Of a stretch of DNA of 64,000 nt, positions 35,601-47,600 are shown one piece after another. The stretch's first letter is position 1. Each line of letters begins with the position of its first letter. The position numbers and the translations under genes are program-made. The notes beneath the pieces are model-generated. The model worked only from the letters and a program-made list of their open reading frames with translations. It was not told the DNA's origin and did not search any database. Source of the stretch: Yuukianura sp. NJ FZ-2021 (lineage: Eukaryota); NCBI GenBank assembly GCA_046563655.1, contig CM102290.1, positions 8,804,001 to 8,868,000 of the forward strand, in the 5' to 3' direction.

Positions 35601-38600
35601 CCAGATAAGCACTACAACTACGGCGCTAAAAAACCACGCAACAAAGCAGCCAAATACAATAAAATTCAAAATTTATATTCTAGCGCCATTCTTGCTACGT
35701 CCATTCACAGCTTACCATATCGGGGAAAAACGAACGAAGTACTTCAAAAATATCCTGTCACACTTTCAAAATTCCACAAAAGTATAGTTTTTTAAGCATT
35801 CTCATTTCCCTGATTGGGGGAGTGGGGTGGATAACAGTATCTGGAGTTTAGGGTGGCAATTGACCTCGTTTGACCTTGGGTCATCTTAGGACTTGGCTTA
35901 ACTTTTAGCAGCAAAGCCAATAGCCATCATAAACTTTATGTTCATTTTTTTAAAGGAAACATTAAAGTTTAGTAAATAATTAAACCAAAACAATGAAAAA
36001 TTATCTTTGAATTGTTTTGTGCCACTTAATATTTACCTTCTCAACTACTTTTTAACTACTTCCAACCAGAGAAGCATGCAGAGTCAATCACATGTTTAAA
36101 TTTGAGAGCTTCCTGTCATGCACACCTTTTCGAATGCAATATTTTTTAAATACGTACACGTCAACGAAAAGGTGAAGGCTAACCCTGTGTATTGCGTTTT
36201 GAGCTGAAATTTGGAGAAGGTTATAATTATTTCATATTCTGTTTTAAATTAAGGTAGGTTGGAAGTGAGTGACACGAAATTCAAACAAAATTAAGAACAA
36301 TTCACCTGAGACATGTTTTGTGTTGGTTCAAAATTTAAAGAAAATGAGCTTGGGGAGTATAAACGTTGAACCTTTCTCAACCTGTTTCTCCGTGTGTTGG
36401 ACTCCCATAAATTATACATTACGACAAACGAGTTAATTTTGCAATAAGTACTTTTGCAAAACACACCATTAATCTCAAGCCTTCATCGGAAGCTAACTAC
36501 TTTAGTACAGCTCTCAATCCAATGCCAATTTCGATTGGTTTTTATATATGGTATGCATGGTAAGTCTTGCCAAAAAAAAGCAGATGAAGAAGTGTGAGTT
36601 AAGAGAGAATCCTACGAAAAATCCACACGTTCCATTGCTCTCTTTATCACTTCCAACCATCACCCTCTTTATGAAAATCTAGAGTTCAAATGTTGGCACC
36701 TATTTTTAGGAAAACTTCCGTTTTTCACTCTTTTTTTGAATAGGAAGTGTCGGATGTAGTGGCGCGAAGAATTAAAGAAATCGCAGGGATTTCAGCTCTG
36801 AACTTTTACCGAGCTAGTGTGACTCTTCTACCGAAAGATATGGATGCTGATGACATCTTCAGTTGTGGGGTAGGACAGAATTCTCTTGGAGATTCAAAAG
36901 CCTCCCCGGAAATCATATGAAAGTGAATTGAGGCGTAAAGTGGCACTGGTCCTAATCATTGGATCGCCTTCTACCGCCTATTTTTCGGTCGGTTTCAAAT
37001 CCGCCCGGTTTCCTATGAGGGAGTTTGCTTAACAGGGAGAGGGAAGCAAAGAAAGCGGAAAAAGCAAAGACGCTGCTAAAGAGAAGCAAGGCACAGCCTC
37101 TGCTGAACTTCCTCATCTGACATGACCGTGATTCGGAGGGGAGACGAGCTTCTAAACGATTTCCGATGATGAGGCGTTTCCATGAAGTCTTGTTAAAGTG
37201 TCCTCCATCAGTCTTACACTTCCAATTCAAAGCAAAATGGAGTTTTACTCATCTTCCGATTTCAAACAACGCATCTTTCACAACAAGACTTCCACGGCAT
37301 CACATACTACAAAACGCTTTTAGATCTTGTCCTGGGAGCAAATTACACACATTCTGCAAGACAAATAGCTGAAAGTACAAAAATACTAATCCGATGATGC
37401 AAGAATTTTATAAAACTTAAGATTTTGTCAAATTTTGATAAAATTGTGAAATTTAGCAAATTAAGGGGCGTGGTAGGTCGTTTCCTGAGTAGATGCGTAG
37501 TGTTGAAGGGGAAAGCCCTTGGAGAATTGCCACAATGAAATTAGGTCCAGAAGTAAATGAGAATAGGGGAGAAAGTGAGAATAATTTCCGAAAGTGCTCA
37601 ACGTGCAGAGCAGTGCTGCCTGGGGAAAGGACATAGTAGGAAGAAGTGTTTTTATTTGGAAAGTAAGTACAAAGGATTGGCTAAGGAGGATTTCTGGAGG
37701 ATCCCGTCGTCCTGGAGACTGGTCGTCGGAGCTTAAGGTCGTCTGGTTGCAGTCGTCGGTGGGATGGGGAGTGAAAGTGAGTGAAAGTGGAGGTCTCCTT
37801 CCCATCTATAAATTGGATATCAAAGCTCGTGACAAGGAGGAAATTGGACTTTTTCCCTTGAACAGACCCAACGCCCGGGAAAAGACAGGAAATGAGCCCC
37901 AAACGCCTTTTTAAACAAATTCTTATCTGGACGTGTTCCCCCTTCATTCTTTGGAATAAGGTTAAGGATAGTACAGATCAACTCAGAGTCTAAACACCAA
38001 TTCAGCCCTTGTGCACTCCACCAAACCACCCACTAAACACTACTTCACCTCCCAATTCCTAATTCAAACTTTGCTGCCACTTTCCCCAGCAAGTGAAAGC
38101 AATAACTTTGCAACGAAACAGTCTCAAATGTTGGGTCAAACGACGTAGCCTTAAATCTGGAAATGTTGCTTTTCATCAAATTAGATCACTCATTTCTTTG
38201 ACACCGATGATTTTCAAATACTACTCTAATTTCTCTAATCTTTAGCAATTTTTTTTGTAATAAAGATAAATTGTTGTTAAAAATTTACGAAGTCTTTAGT
38301 CGACTATGAGCGTAGTTTTGTTGAATTCTTAAATACTTAACCTAAATGTAATTAGTTTCAAGGTCTAAAAGGATTTAACCTGGTTTTTATTTTGTAAAAG
38401 GAATTCAGCTTGCTGAAATGAGCGACTTACAAATAAACGAAGTAATTTTGTGAGAAAATTATTTAATTATTAAGCTGAATTATAACCAATTGAGATTGGT
38501 CTGATTACGACCGTCCCAAAAACTGTCTTTCTTACAATAAACATCTCTGGTTTGCAGTCGAAATTTGCCCTTTGTCGGCCATTGTTGAATTGACCAAGAA

Positions 38601-38663
38601 GAAATGTCAAAGACGCAGGAGTAGACGAACCGTTGCGTCGTATATCTCATGGACTCGTGAGCA

Positions 38664-38691
38664 CTTGATGGCGATAATTACTGCCATCAAG
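38664..38691. repeat. 28-bp dyad CTTGATGGC-GA-TAATTA-CT-GCCATCAAG
   Basis: 9-bp perfect inverted arms around a centred TAATTA; 24 of 28 positions are symmetric. Confidence 0.85.
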
Positions 38692-41600
38692 GAGGCACAG
38701 AGCAGAGAAGTCATGTCGTCACGGACGACGGGATTTGAAGGCGGAGGTGGGCCAACGGTTCCTGTGCTCCAATTCCGTGATTTAGCGTCTAGCGTTTAGT
38801 TTCCATTTAAAAGTGTTTATTAATGGTTAAGTTACAATGGGAGATGGGGGCGGGGGACTTGAGTCCTTTGACATCTGAATCTCAAATGGACGTGCAGATA
38901 GTCATCAGAGAGTTGCGTGGCACTTTATGACTCTTTTGGTTCAAGAGATGAAGAAGGGAGCGTGACAAAGAGTTTTTTGGAAGAGTAGAGCACTTATTAG
39001 GACCACCATTTGCCTCCCTTATTCAGACACAATGGGAAACAATACAATTATTTTAACCACCCATGTCAACCACCATGTCTTCATTTCAAACCCAATCACG
39101 AGACACGGTCACTTGACACTTTCTCCAAACACGCTCCTCTCCATTTCCGCTTTCCCACTCTTTCAATCATGACTTGAACATTTCAAAAAAAAAATCCAAA
39201 CAAGGAGGTTCATGTCGTTCACCCGACTAAACCCATTTATGCGTTTTTCAAACAAAATTGACACCCAGGCTTAATTTTTCAGTATTATGCAATTATTTAA
39301 AAAAAATAGTTAGGTAAAGTCTAACAATACACTACATACGTTAGTAAGGTTTCTGTTGTATCGAAAATTTACAAAAATTCTACATTAGTTTTCATAAACC
39401 CTATGAGATTCATATAGGAAACTGATTCATGGTAATTCATGGTAAGCGTTAACAATACCCTAAGTATATGGAGACTGATGAAGATGTTTTGGCTGTTGGA
39501 TTCCACTTTGGTGGGCCAACATCATGCCAAGGCTCCACCATCCAGACTTCCTGGGTCCTTTATTTCCACTGAGAGACCTTAACTATAAATTTCATTAGAC
39601 TCTTTGGTGGGGATACTGTGATGATGATGATGTGGATCAAATGGGGATGAAATTGAGGCCCCCATCTCCCCATGGGGATCCCATTATTCCCCAATCAGTC
39701 TAACCCCCCGCTGACCACACCCAGCCACTCTCCAGCCCTACCCTCTAATACACTTCAACTTCAACTCATAAACACCACCAAATACTTCCAAATGGACCAT
39801 AACTGATTTCAAACCTAGCATTCAATATTTACTCACATTTTAATCAACTTCTCACAATTTTAACCAAGATTATGAAAACAAACTTTGTCAAAATTGTTCT
39901 AGTCAAGAATAATATTATACTTTGATTTCAACTGATTTGTGTTTGTGACGAGCATAATGAAGATGAAGGCACACCGGGAGGTCATTTTATTCCTTAGCAC
40001 GTCAAATACAAAGTGTTACACAGGATTGAGGCATCATCTTCGCACAAGTCAGATAATGATCTTCCAAGGAACTATAAGATCCCTGAATCAACTTCCTAAA
40101 CTTTAATCATTTTCAATTGTGAAATCATGGCTATTAACCCTCTTTATCCCGTTAAACACTAGGCAACTTCCACAACTACCATCCCTGTCCAAATCAATAT
40201 GGAAGTTACAACAAGATGATTCCTCAATTAATATCAATTCATTCACCTGTCAATTCCATCTAATCCATCTAACACTATTCAGAGTCTCTTCAAAGCTTAT
40301 AGCTGGCATATTGAACCTTGTTTGTAAAGTTCTTTGAAATTATCCAAATTCTGTAAATACATTTTGTTTTGCTTTTTCAACAAAAAAAACACCGTTCAAT
40401 TGAGTTTTGCATATAGCAGTTTTGAATAATTAATGCTTTACGTAAGTTCAATTTGAAGTCATTGCTAACCCAAAAAGTGGAAAAGTGTTTTCTAAGCTTT
40501 AAATTGACTTTTTGTCAAACTTAGTGGGAGTCTAATGGAGTTTAAATTTTAAATTGTTTAAAAACTTATGTCTTAAACCCAACTTAAGTAGAGGCGTATG
40601 TCACCGATCCCCAAATCAATTGAAATATAAAACTATTTCCGAAGGTCAAACTCCGTTTAAATTGACCAGGGGTGAGCAAGAGATGAAGTGATCTCGTTGG
40701 AGGCTGGAGGAGAAGATAGGCGGGAATGCGGGAGATATGAATCGTTAATTAGCGACATTTTGAATTCCTGGCTGAAGAGAAGCTAATCATGGAGTTGGAT
40801 TAAGTGTCACCTGGGAAATGGACTTGGAACACAGGAGGACTTAAGGGGGTGGGACTGATTAAGGACTGACACACAGGGATCAAAGGTATTTTGAAATGGA
40901 GATGATCTTTCAAAGTGAACCGCCCTGCTGAACGAAGTGGATGTTTGGACTGAGCAGTGAATTTAACGAGGTTCGGAGGCTGCAGAGGGATTTGTAGTCG
41001 AAGTTTCAGACGTTTTCAGACACTTTTGGACGGTGACGTTTGGATATTTCTAGGTCCTGTGTGTCCGCATGAATACTGAGCCTTTTGTAAGCGTCCACGA
41101 GAGTCAGGGAATGAAGTGAGAGGGGCTAAGGGTCACTGGGGCCCTTTGAGTCTCTTGCAGGGCTCAATCTGGTCCAGAGATCTTGAGAGGTTCCTTGGTC
41201 AGGTGTTAAGACCCAATTAGTAGTGAAATATTGCTCTGGATCAAGTGGCGACAAAATCTAAAAATGCTACCGGTTTTACCAAGTCTACTCCTCCTGTTCT
41301 TGTTCAAATACAAATTCCACAACGGAGACATTTCTCCAGAAGCTTTTTCTAGTTACGATCAGGGAGACTTACATTGAAGAAGTTTGTTGAATTGATTAGG
41401 GTGGATAACCACTTTTAGAACGGGAATACAATAAATCCTGGATGTGCTCCAGTAAAAGACCTCCGAGCTTCTACGGTCTTGGCTCTGAATTTAAATTGCT
41501 CCATTATAGAAATTACGTGTGGCCTTTTCATCTCCAAATAAGTCTCTTTGCCATTTCAAACTCTGGACAATTTTTAATTAAACCGCATTGCTACACCGCA

Positions 41601-44600
41601 GTTGTGCAGTTCTCGCGCTACAAAGAAAAAATGTAGTAATTTGGAACACTGAAGTTTTTCAGTTTTGTAAAATTTAAAAAAAAAATTCAAATAAAATTCT
41701 TTTAAGTTGTAAAAATTTTAGCACGCTTAGAACATGTCAAAAGGCGTGCAGCTAGCGTCGGAATTTCTTCCGCACCTAGAAATTCCAGCTAAACCACGTA
41801 AAAAAAAACAAGAAGCTTGGACTTGACAAAGAGTCATGTGAGGAATTAATAGATTGTGACATTTGAAGCGGTCAGGTCCAAACTAATGTCCAACTCCAAG
41901 TAGGTTATTATGAGGGAGCTAATGTTTTGACAGTTTGGTCTCCATGATGATTATTAGGCCGAGGTCATTAGTCAGGTTCATCTTGAAAGCACACAGGGGG
42001 ACATGTGGACATGGAAGTGGAGTCTGATGTCATCATGTCGTGAGTGGGACTTGACGGAACTGCCACCGACTGAGACAATCCCTTCAGACATTTATAAATT
42101 CATTCATTTCAACTTTTCCCAAGTACTCACTTATTATTGCATGGACGGGGACAAAAGACCGTACAATCAAGTCCTTTACAACCGAAAAAAGGCTAAACGA
42201 CTCCATCTCCTTGTCTGTGGCTTCGTGGACACGGGCACGGTGGGCCAAGGAAACAACTGCTGGTCGTCGGCATGGATGGAGGGAGACTCAAATGTGACAC
42301 ATCTCTCTTCAGGATTAAACGACTCTCTTTTTTGAATTACTTGAGGCACATCCTTGCCTTTAGACTAAGGACGAATGGATAACTCTGTGTAAGAATTATT
42401 ACATAAATTTAGTCAAGTCGAGGTCGGCTGTTGACAAGGCCACCTTCACGATAGCAGCATGACTTCGGCCGTTTCAACAAAGGGCCAACGAAGCTCAAGA
42501 ACGATGAGAAATTGAGCAACGGCAAGTCGTGATATCCCGAATATTACAATCTTCCAGCTCAGCACACGCTCTCTGCCCTGCCCACTTCGGCTTTTTCAGA
42601 CTTTCGCTGCACTCCCTAGGGTAAAAGGCACCTCCAGGAATTTACAACAACTACGCTCAAAACCCATCTTCAAATTGTTTTATAATTGTTTGATTCTTAA
42701 ATTTCTAAAGGAAAAGAGCGCAAGTACATAAACTTTTGTCCGCGCGTTGGGTGCGTTATGGGTGAACTTTCTCTTCCAATTTCTCTACACTGGTGGAAAC
42801 TTTTCGTTCGGCAGTTGGTACAAGTTCCGGTGCATATTGGAGAAAACAACTACGGAATTCTTAGCCAATTTCAACAAAATTTCCCGCCAAAAATTTTCTG
42901 GCTGTGAGTCGGGCAGCTGAAAGTTAGAAAGTGTTTCCAGCGAAAGCTACACTATGGCTGAAATTCTCCTGACTGAAAGATGCGTAATTCTCCAACAGTA
43001 CTGAAAGGATCCTCCCTCCTGGTTCGCTAATTCCCCAAGAACGAGGGGGGAAAATTCAAAAGTGTCCATTTCCCAAAACTAACGCGGGAGAAAGTGACAC
43101 TACCCCGCCTCCTTTGTCTCTTACTTCTTTTATTAACTTTTACTATTTTTGTATCGCTTTTTCTGCTCCACTGCCTCTCCTTTTCATTGACAAAGCAGCA
43201 CTCAATTTCTTGATTGTAATCATTTAATTTTTGTTTCATTCAGAAGCTGCTGCATAAGGGACGACAGAGGGCCCTTATCTCCTCACTTCCCTAGTTCCTC
43301 CCCCTCCCCAAACACAATGAAGCCACACTCCCTTCAAAATGAAATTTGTTTAGAAAGTGACAACTTTCTCTTTAGTTCTTGACTATGTAACTTTATTAGG
43401 CTCATTTCCCAGGCATAAACAACTTTCTCCATTCAACCGTAATATGTTTCACGAAAAATGACTTCTTTCTCTCACCAAAATCTTGTCACTAATTTTCAAA
43501 TTGTGGCTCCATGTGTGAAAATTGCTGATAGCAAAACGACATTCACGACTCTGAACGCAGTATTTCTCACATTAACTATTTTACGAGACAATTTTTATTC
43601 TTTTTATATTTTTTTTTTACTTACACAGTTACGCACGCTTGGGGCCCAATGTAGAACCCCCAACAGATTTTTTTTTGAAACAGCGCTGTTGTTAAAACAA
43701 AGTATAATTTTTGATTTTTTTCCGACCTTGGATTAGTCAAGTTTGTTCGTCGAATTGAAAAAGGAAACGCTTGCTTGGGAAAATTTTTTAGTTTGAATAT
43801 ATTTCAAAACAGAAAAAGTAAATAAAATACCGGCCCGTTAAAGATGTTCAAAAAACTGCGCATATGAATATGATAGATGACGGTTTGCATTTAATTACTG
43901 CCATTACCATAGTTCACACTTTGATCAAATCAGGGTGTGGCAAATACCTGTTAAATGTAAAACATGATTTCAAGTTGTTTGGGTTCATTAGTCACTACAA
44001 AATGCAGTTTTAAAGAACATTTTGCACTTTGGATTTTTGGTTAAACACATTAAGCTTGCTACACCATGTTTAGACGTTGAAGTCGGAAAATTACGTCAAT
44101 AAATCTATCTTTTTTGAAATGTTTGACAAAATGTAAGATATGACCAATGCCACGCCCTTCCTTACCCAAACGATTACACTCCAGTAATTGTAGTAATAAA
44201 AAGTGATAATAGGCCTATGCCCCACCACGTCCCACGCCCACCAAATCATCACTTTTCCTATTTTCACACGCGGTGGCTGTGGTACTGAATTTAAAAAATG
44301 TCAGTATAGTCCCACCATTTTCGAAGTTTTTGTCCACAAAGCGACGACGACTCACTGCCGCCAACGCCGCTGCCTTCTGGAGGAATCATCATCGTCTTCA
44401 TCGCTGGCTGACAAGTTGTTTATTCCTTTGGACGGTTTGATGTATGACATGACGCGCGGGACTTCAAGTTTGAAAAATCCTTGGGTTGAATGATGATTCT
44501 GACCTCAGTAGTTGACCTCCACAGAGGAACCAGACAACATGCTGCAATTTAAAAGTGAATTAAAAATTCGAACCAGAAAGTTCTAAATGGCTGTCTTCTC

Positions 44601-47600
44601 ATAAAAAGTTTCATTTTCTTAAATAGTAATAATGCACGCCTTAAATTAAAATTAAATTTCCAATTAACTCAACAGTGTAACAAAAAAAAACTAATTCAGG
44701 CGTCTTATAGCTTTGTGTCAAAAACGGCTAACGAGTCTTTCTTGTTAACTTTTGAATCGTGAAATTTTCAAAAACCTAATTTAAAAACCACTATAAACCG
44801 AAAAGGCTCCGCTCCTAGGCCACGATTCTGGACTATACAAAGGAGAGGGAAGACTCAAATCAAAATGAAAACAACAATTCGGACATTTTGAAATCTTGTG
44901 TCGGCGTTCCACCGGCGGAGAGACATGAAGATGATGGTTGCGGCTGGAGTACCATTAACAATCATAATGATATACAAAGTATCCACACCACTGCGATCTC
45001 AATCAAGTTGATTTGATGGCTCATCGTAGTACATATTACTACCACTGGGGGTCCAGGGTTAATATACCCCTTTGGCCACTCTGCTTTCTTCCTGGAGGAA
45101 ACGCGGCCTCTTTGGCCAGAATAATTATGACTTGGAGTTTGGACTTTTATTGTTCAATTTCTTGTCTCAACTTTGGACCACTTCCAGTTCAACTTCAAAT
45201 TGACCATTTGCGCATGACTTAAAACCCTCGGAGGTATATCTAGGAGCTTATTGAATCGTAACACTTAAACCAGATTTACCCCCTCCCGACCCCCTGTTGT
45301 TTCTAATGACTCAGACCCCCAAATCTCCAGTATCCAAACTCAGCCAAATCTCACTTATCCTATTAATTAACAACACAATTTCGGCTTTATGTTTTTTCAT
45401 TCTCAGAGAGTGAAAAACGAACCAGACGGCCAATCAGGAGGGTTCGTAAAATGATGCATTCAAAGTATATACAACAAGGCTTTGCTCAGTTAAGTTAAGA
45501 TTTGGGATTAAATAGTTTACAGTCAAGTCAGATTGCCACAGGCGTGAAATTCTGTGCCAACTCATGTTACTATTTTAAAAAGAATTGTATAAAAAGAAAG
45601 TTTGCAAACTTCCAACATTTTGGGAATGACGGTTCGTGTGCTTTCTCTGCTTTCTTTTGCGAGGTTGAGGAGGTGGAGAGGAGGAAATGAGAAATTGAGC
45701 CTATTCAAAAATTCCATTGTCTCCCTGGTCTCAGTTGGAGTTTCCAAAGTGGTCTTAATAATTTGAAAATTCCCGCCTTCTTCAAAGTTTTGACTTTGAA
45801 GAACAAGTTGAAACCATTAGACAAGCAGCGTCCTCGCGTTAATATTTTAGAAGAGAAACTAATTGACGGCCTAGCAGTTCCTAATGACTTCTGCTGAGAC
45901 AGAGGAGCTCTCTCGCTTGTCTCACGTTTCAAAACGACAATGTTTGTCTTACTAAAGTTGGCATTTGTCTTTCCTCCGAATGAAAAATCACTTTTTGGAC
46001 GAAGGGAGCCTTCAAAAACTCCACCACCACAGAAATTCAAAACTTCGTTCCAAAATTCTCACTTGGCTCAATGACTTTCCTCATTGGATGATATGTTATG
46101 CTCCGCATGATGACGCTTTGGTGCTGGAAAACGAAGAGCTTCTAATTGCTCTCTTGTCAAATGAAGTCCCGACCCACAATTCCGACTAAATTCCCAATCT
46201 GCTTCCCAAAATGTCATTAGGATCCCAACCATAACTTCCAAGGCATCCTACATTTCCGACTCTTCGACACTATTAAAATGTTACACTCAAAACGCGCTCC
46301 AAAATGCAGTTCCCCTACGGTCTCAAGTCACACTTAGAATTTCGAGTTAGACGTACAGCGTTTTGGAAATTTACGACCTCGACTTTTTTGAACGCCTCCA
46401 CTTAAGGAAGCCACTTTCTGCTCAATAAGCTAAACATTCCAAGCGCCTTATAACATTCCTACTGGTTCTGTTCATTCAAATAAAATACTTTAAAAATTCG
46501 CTTTTAAAATAGTTACAAATCCCCGTTTGAGACTGAAAATGGAAAACCGGCTAACGTGGGACTGAACGGAGGAGAATTTTTAAAAAGTGGCTGAAAATAA
46601 GTTGTGAAAACGGGAAATGAGGCTGAAAGTGTCCTAGCCCACCTTATTATTAAGGCCCCTTCCCCGTATTTACCACATTATTGAAACAATTTAATGTTGT
46701 GGGAGAGTAAATGAGGTAATTAGCGCCGGCCCTTTATAAACTCCGGGCAGAGGAAGCAGAAGCGGATATTCGAAACCAGGGATTTGGACCCCTTGAGGGT
46801 CACAGGGGAAAATTAATGATTTGTTTTCATGACCCATTTCACTAAACAATCAAGAAGAAAAACAGCCAAAATGTATTTAAAAACTCCAAAAAATAATTAT
46901 TTCGAGTTTTCCTCTTTCAAATTGTTGTAATTTGAGAGGATTTAACAAACTTTGTTTATTATCTCACATCGAATTTAAAATTGAAAACACAGTTTTTGTC
47001 TTTCTTGTTAAAGATGTTGATTTTTATCTCGGTTCAGTGCTAGGAAAAGTTCAAAAGTGTAAGTGGCACGAAACGAAGGATCGTTAGACAAAACTGTCCT
47101 AAAATTTTGTAAATTTGTGGATTCTTTAATTTAGTAAGCTCGTTAAGAAATTCGGAAGAAGTTGAGGATGTTTCCGTTGGTTAAGTGGCTGACAGGAAGA
47201 AATATGCTTAGCTCTTAACGCCTTGATTGATGGGCGAAGCGTCACTTTCAAGCTGTCGATGTCTCCGTCTTAGACTTCGTCTGGGATAAGCCAAACCTAA
47301 ACATTCTGCTCAAGCGGAACCTTAAAAACTATACTATTTAACAAAAAACTAATTAGAGGATTTAACATATTTATATTACTAACATCTTAAATGTTACAAT
47401 TACGAAAAATGTTCGCTAATGGTTTCTAATTCTGAAATTTTTAAATAATTTTCAGCCCTTGAATTTTGAAAGCAATCATGAACTACCGAGAGATGTTGGT
47501 TTTGGTTCATTTATTTTCTCCTCCACACTGATTTATCACCAACGTTGATACAGCAGTAATATTAAGTGTCAAAATTTGAATAATTGTGATTTGTGAGATC

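Noticed and set aside
38572..38799. ORF with faint resemblance to a pipsqueak/pogo-type HTH (YISWTREHLMAIITAIKE...MSSR...VP)
   Set aside because: Spacing of the later helices does not fit, no transposase core or terminal repeats nearby, and the DNA dyad explains the region equally well; an HMM search would settle it.
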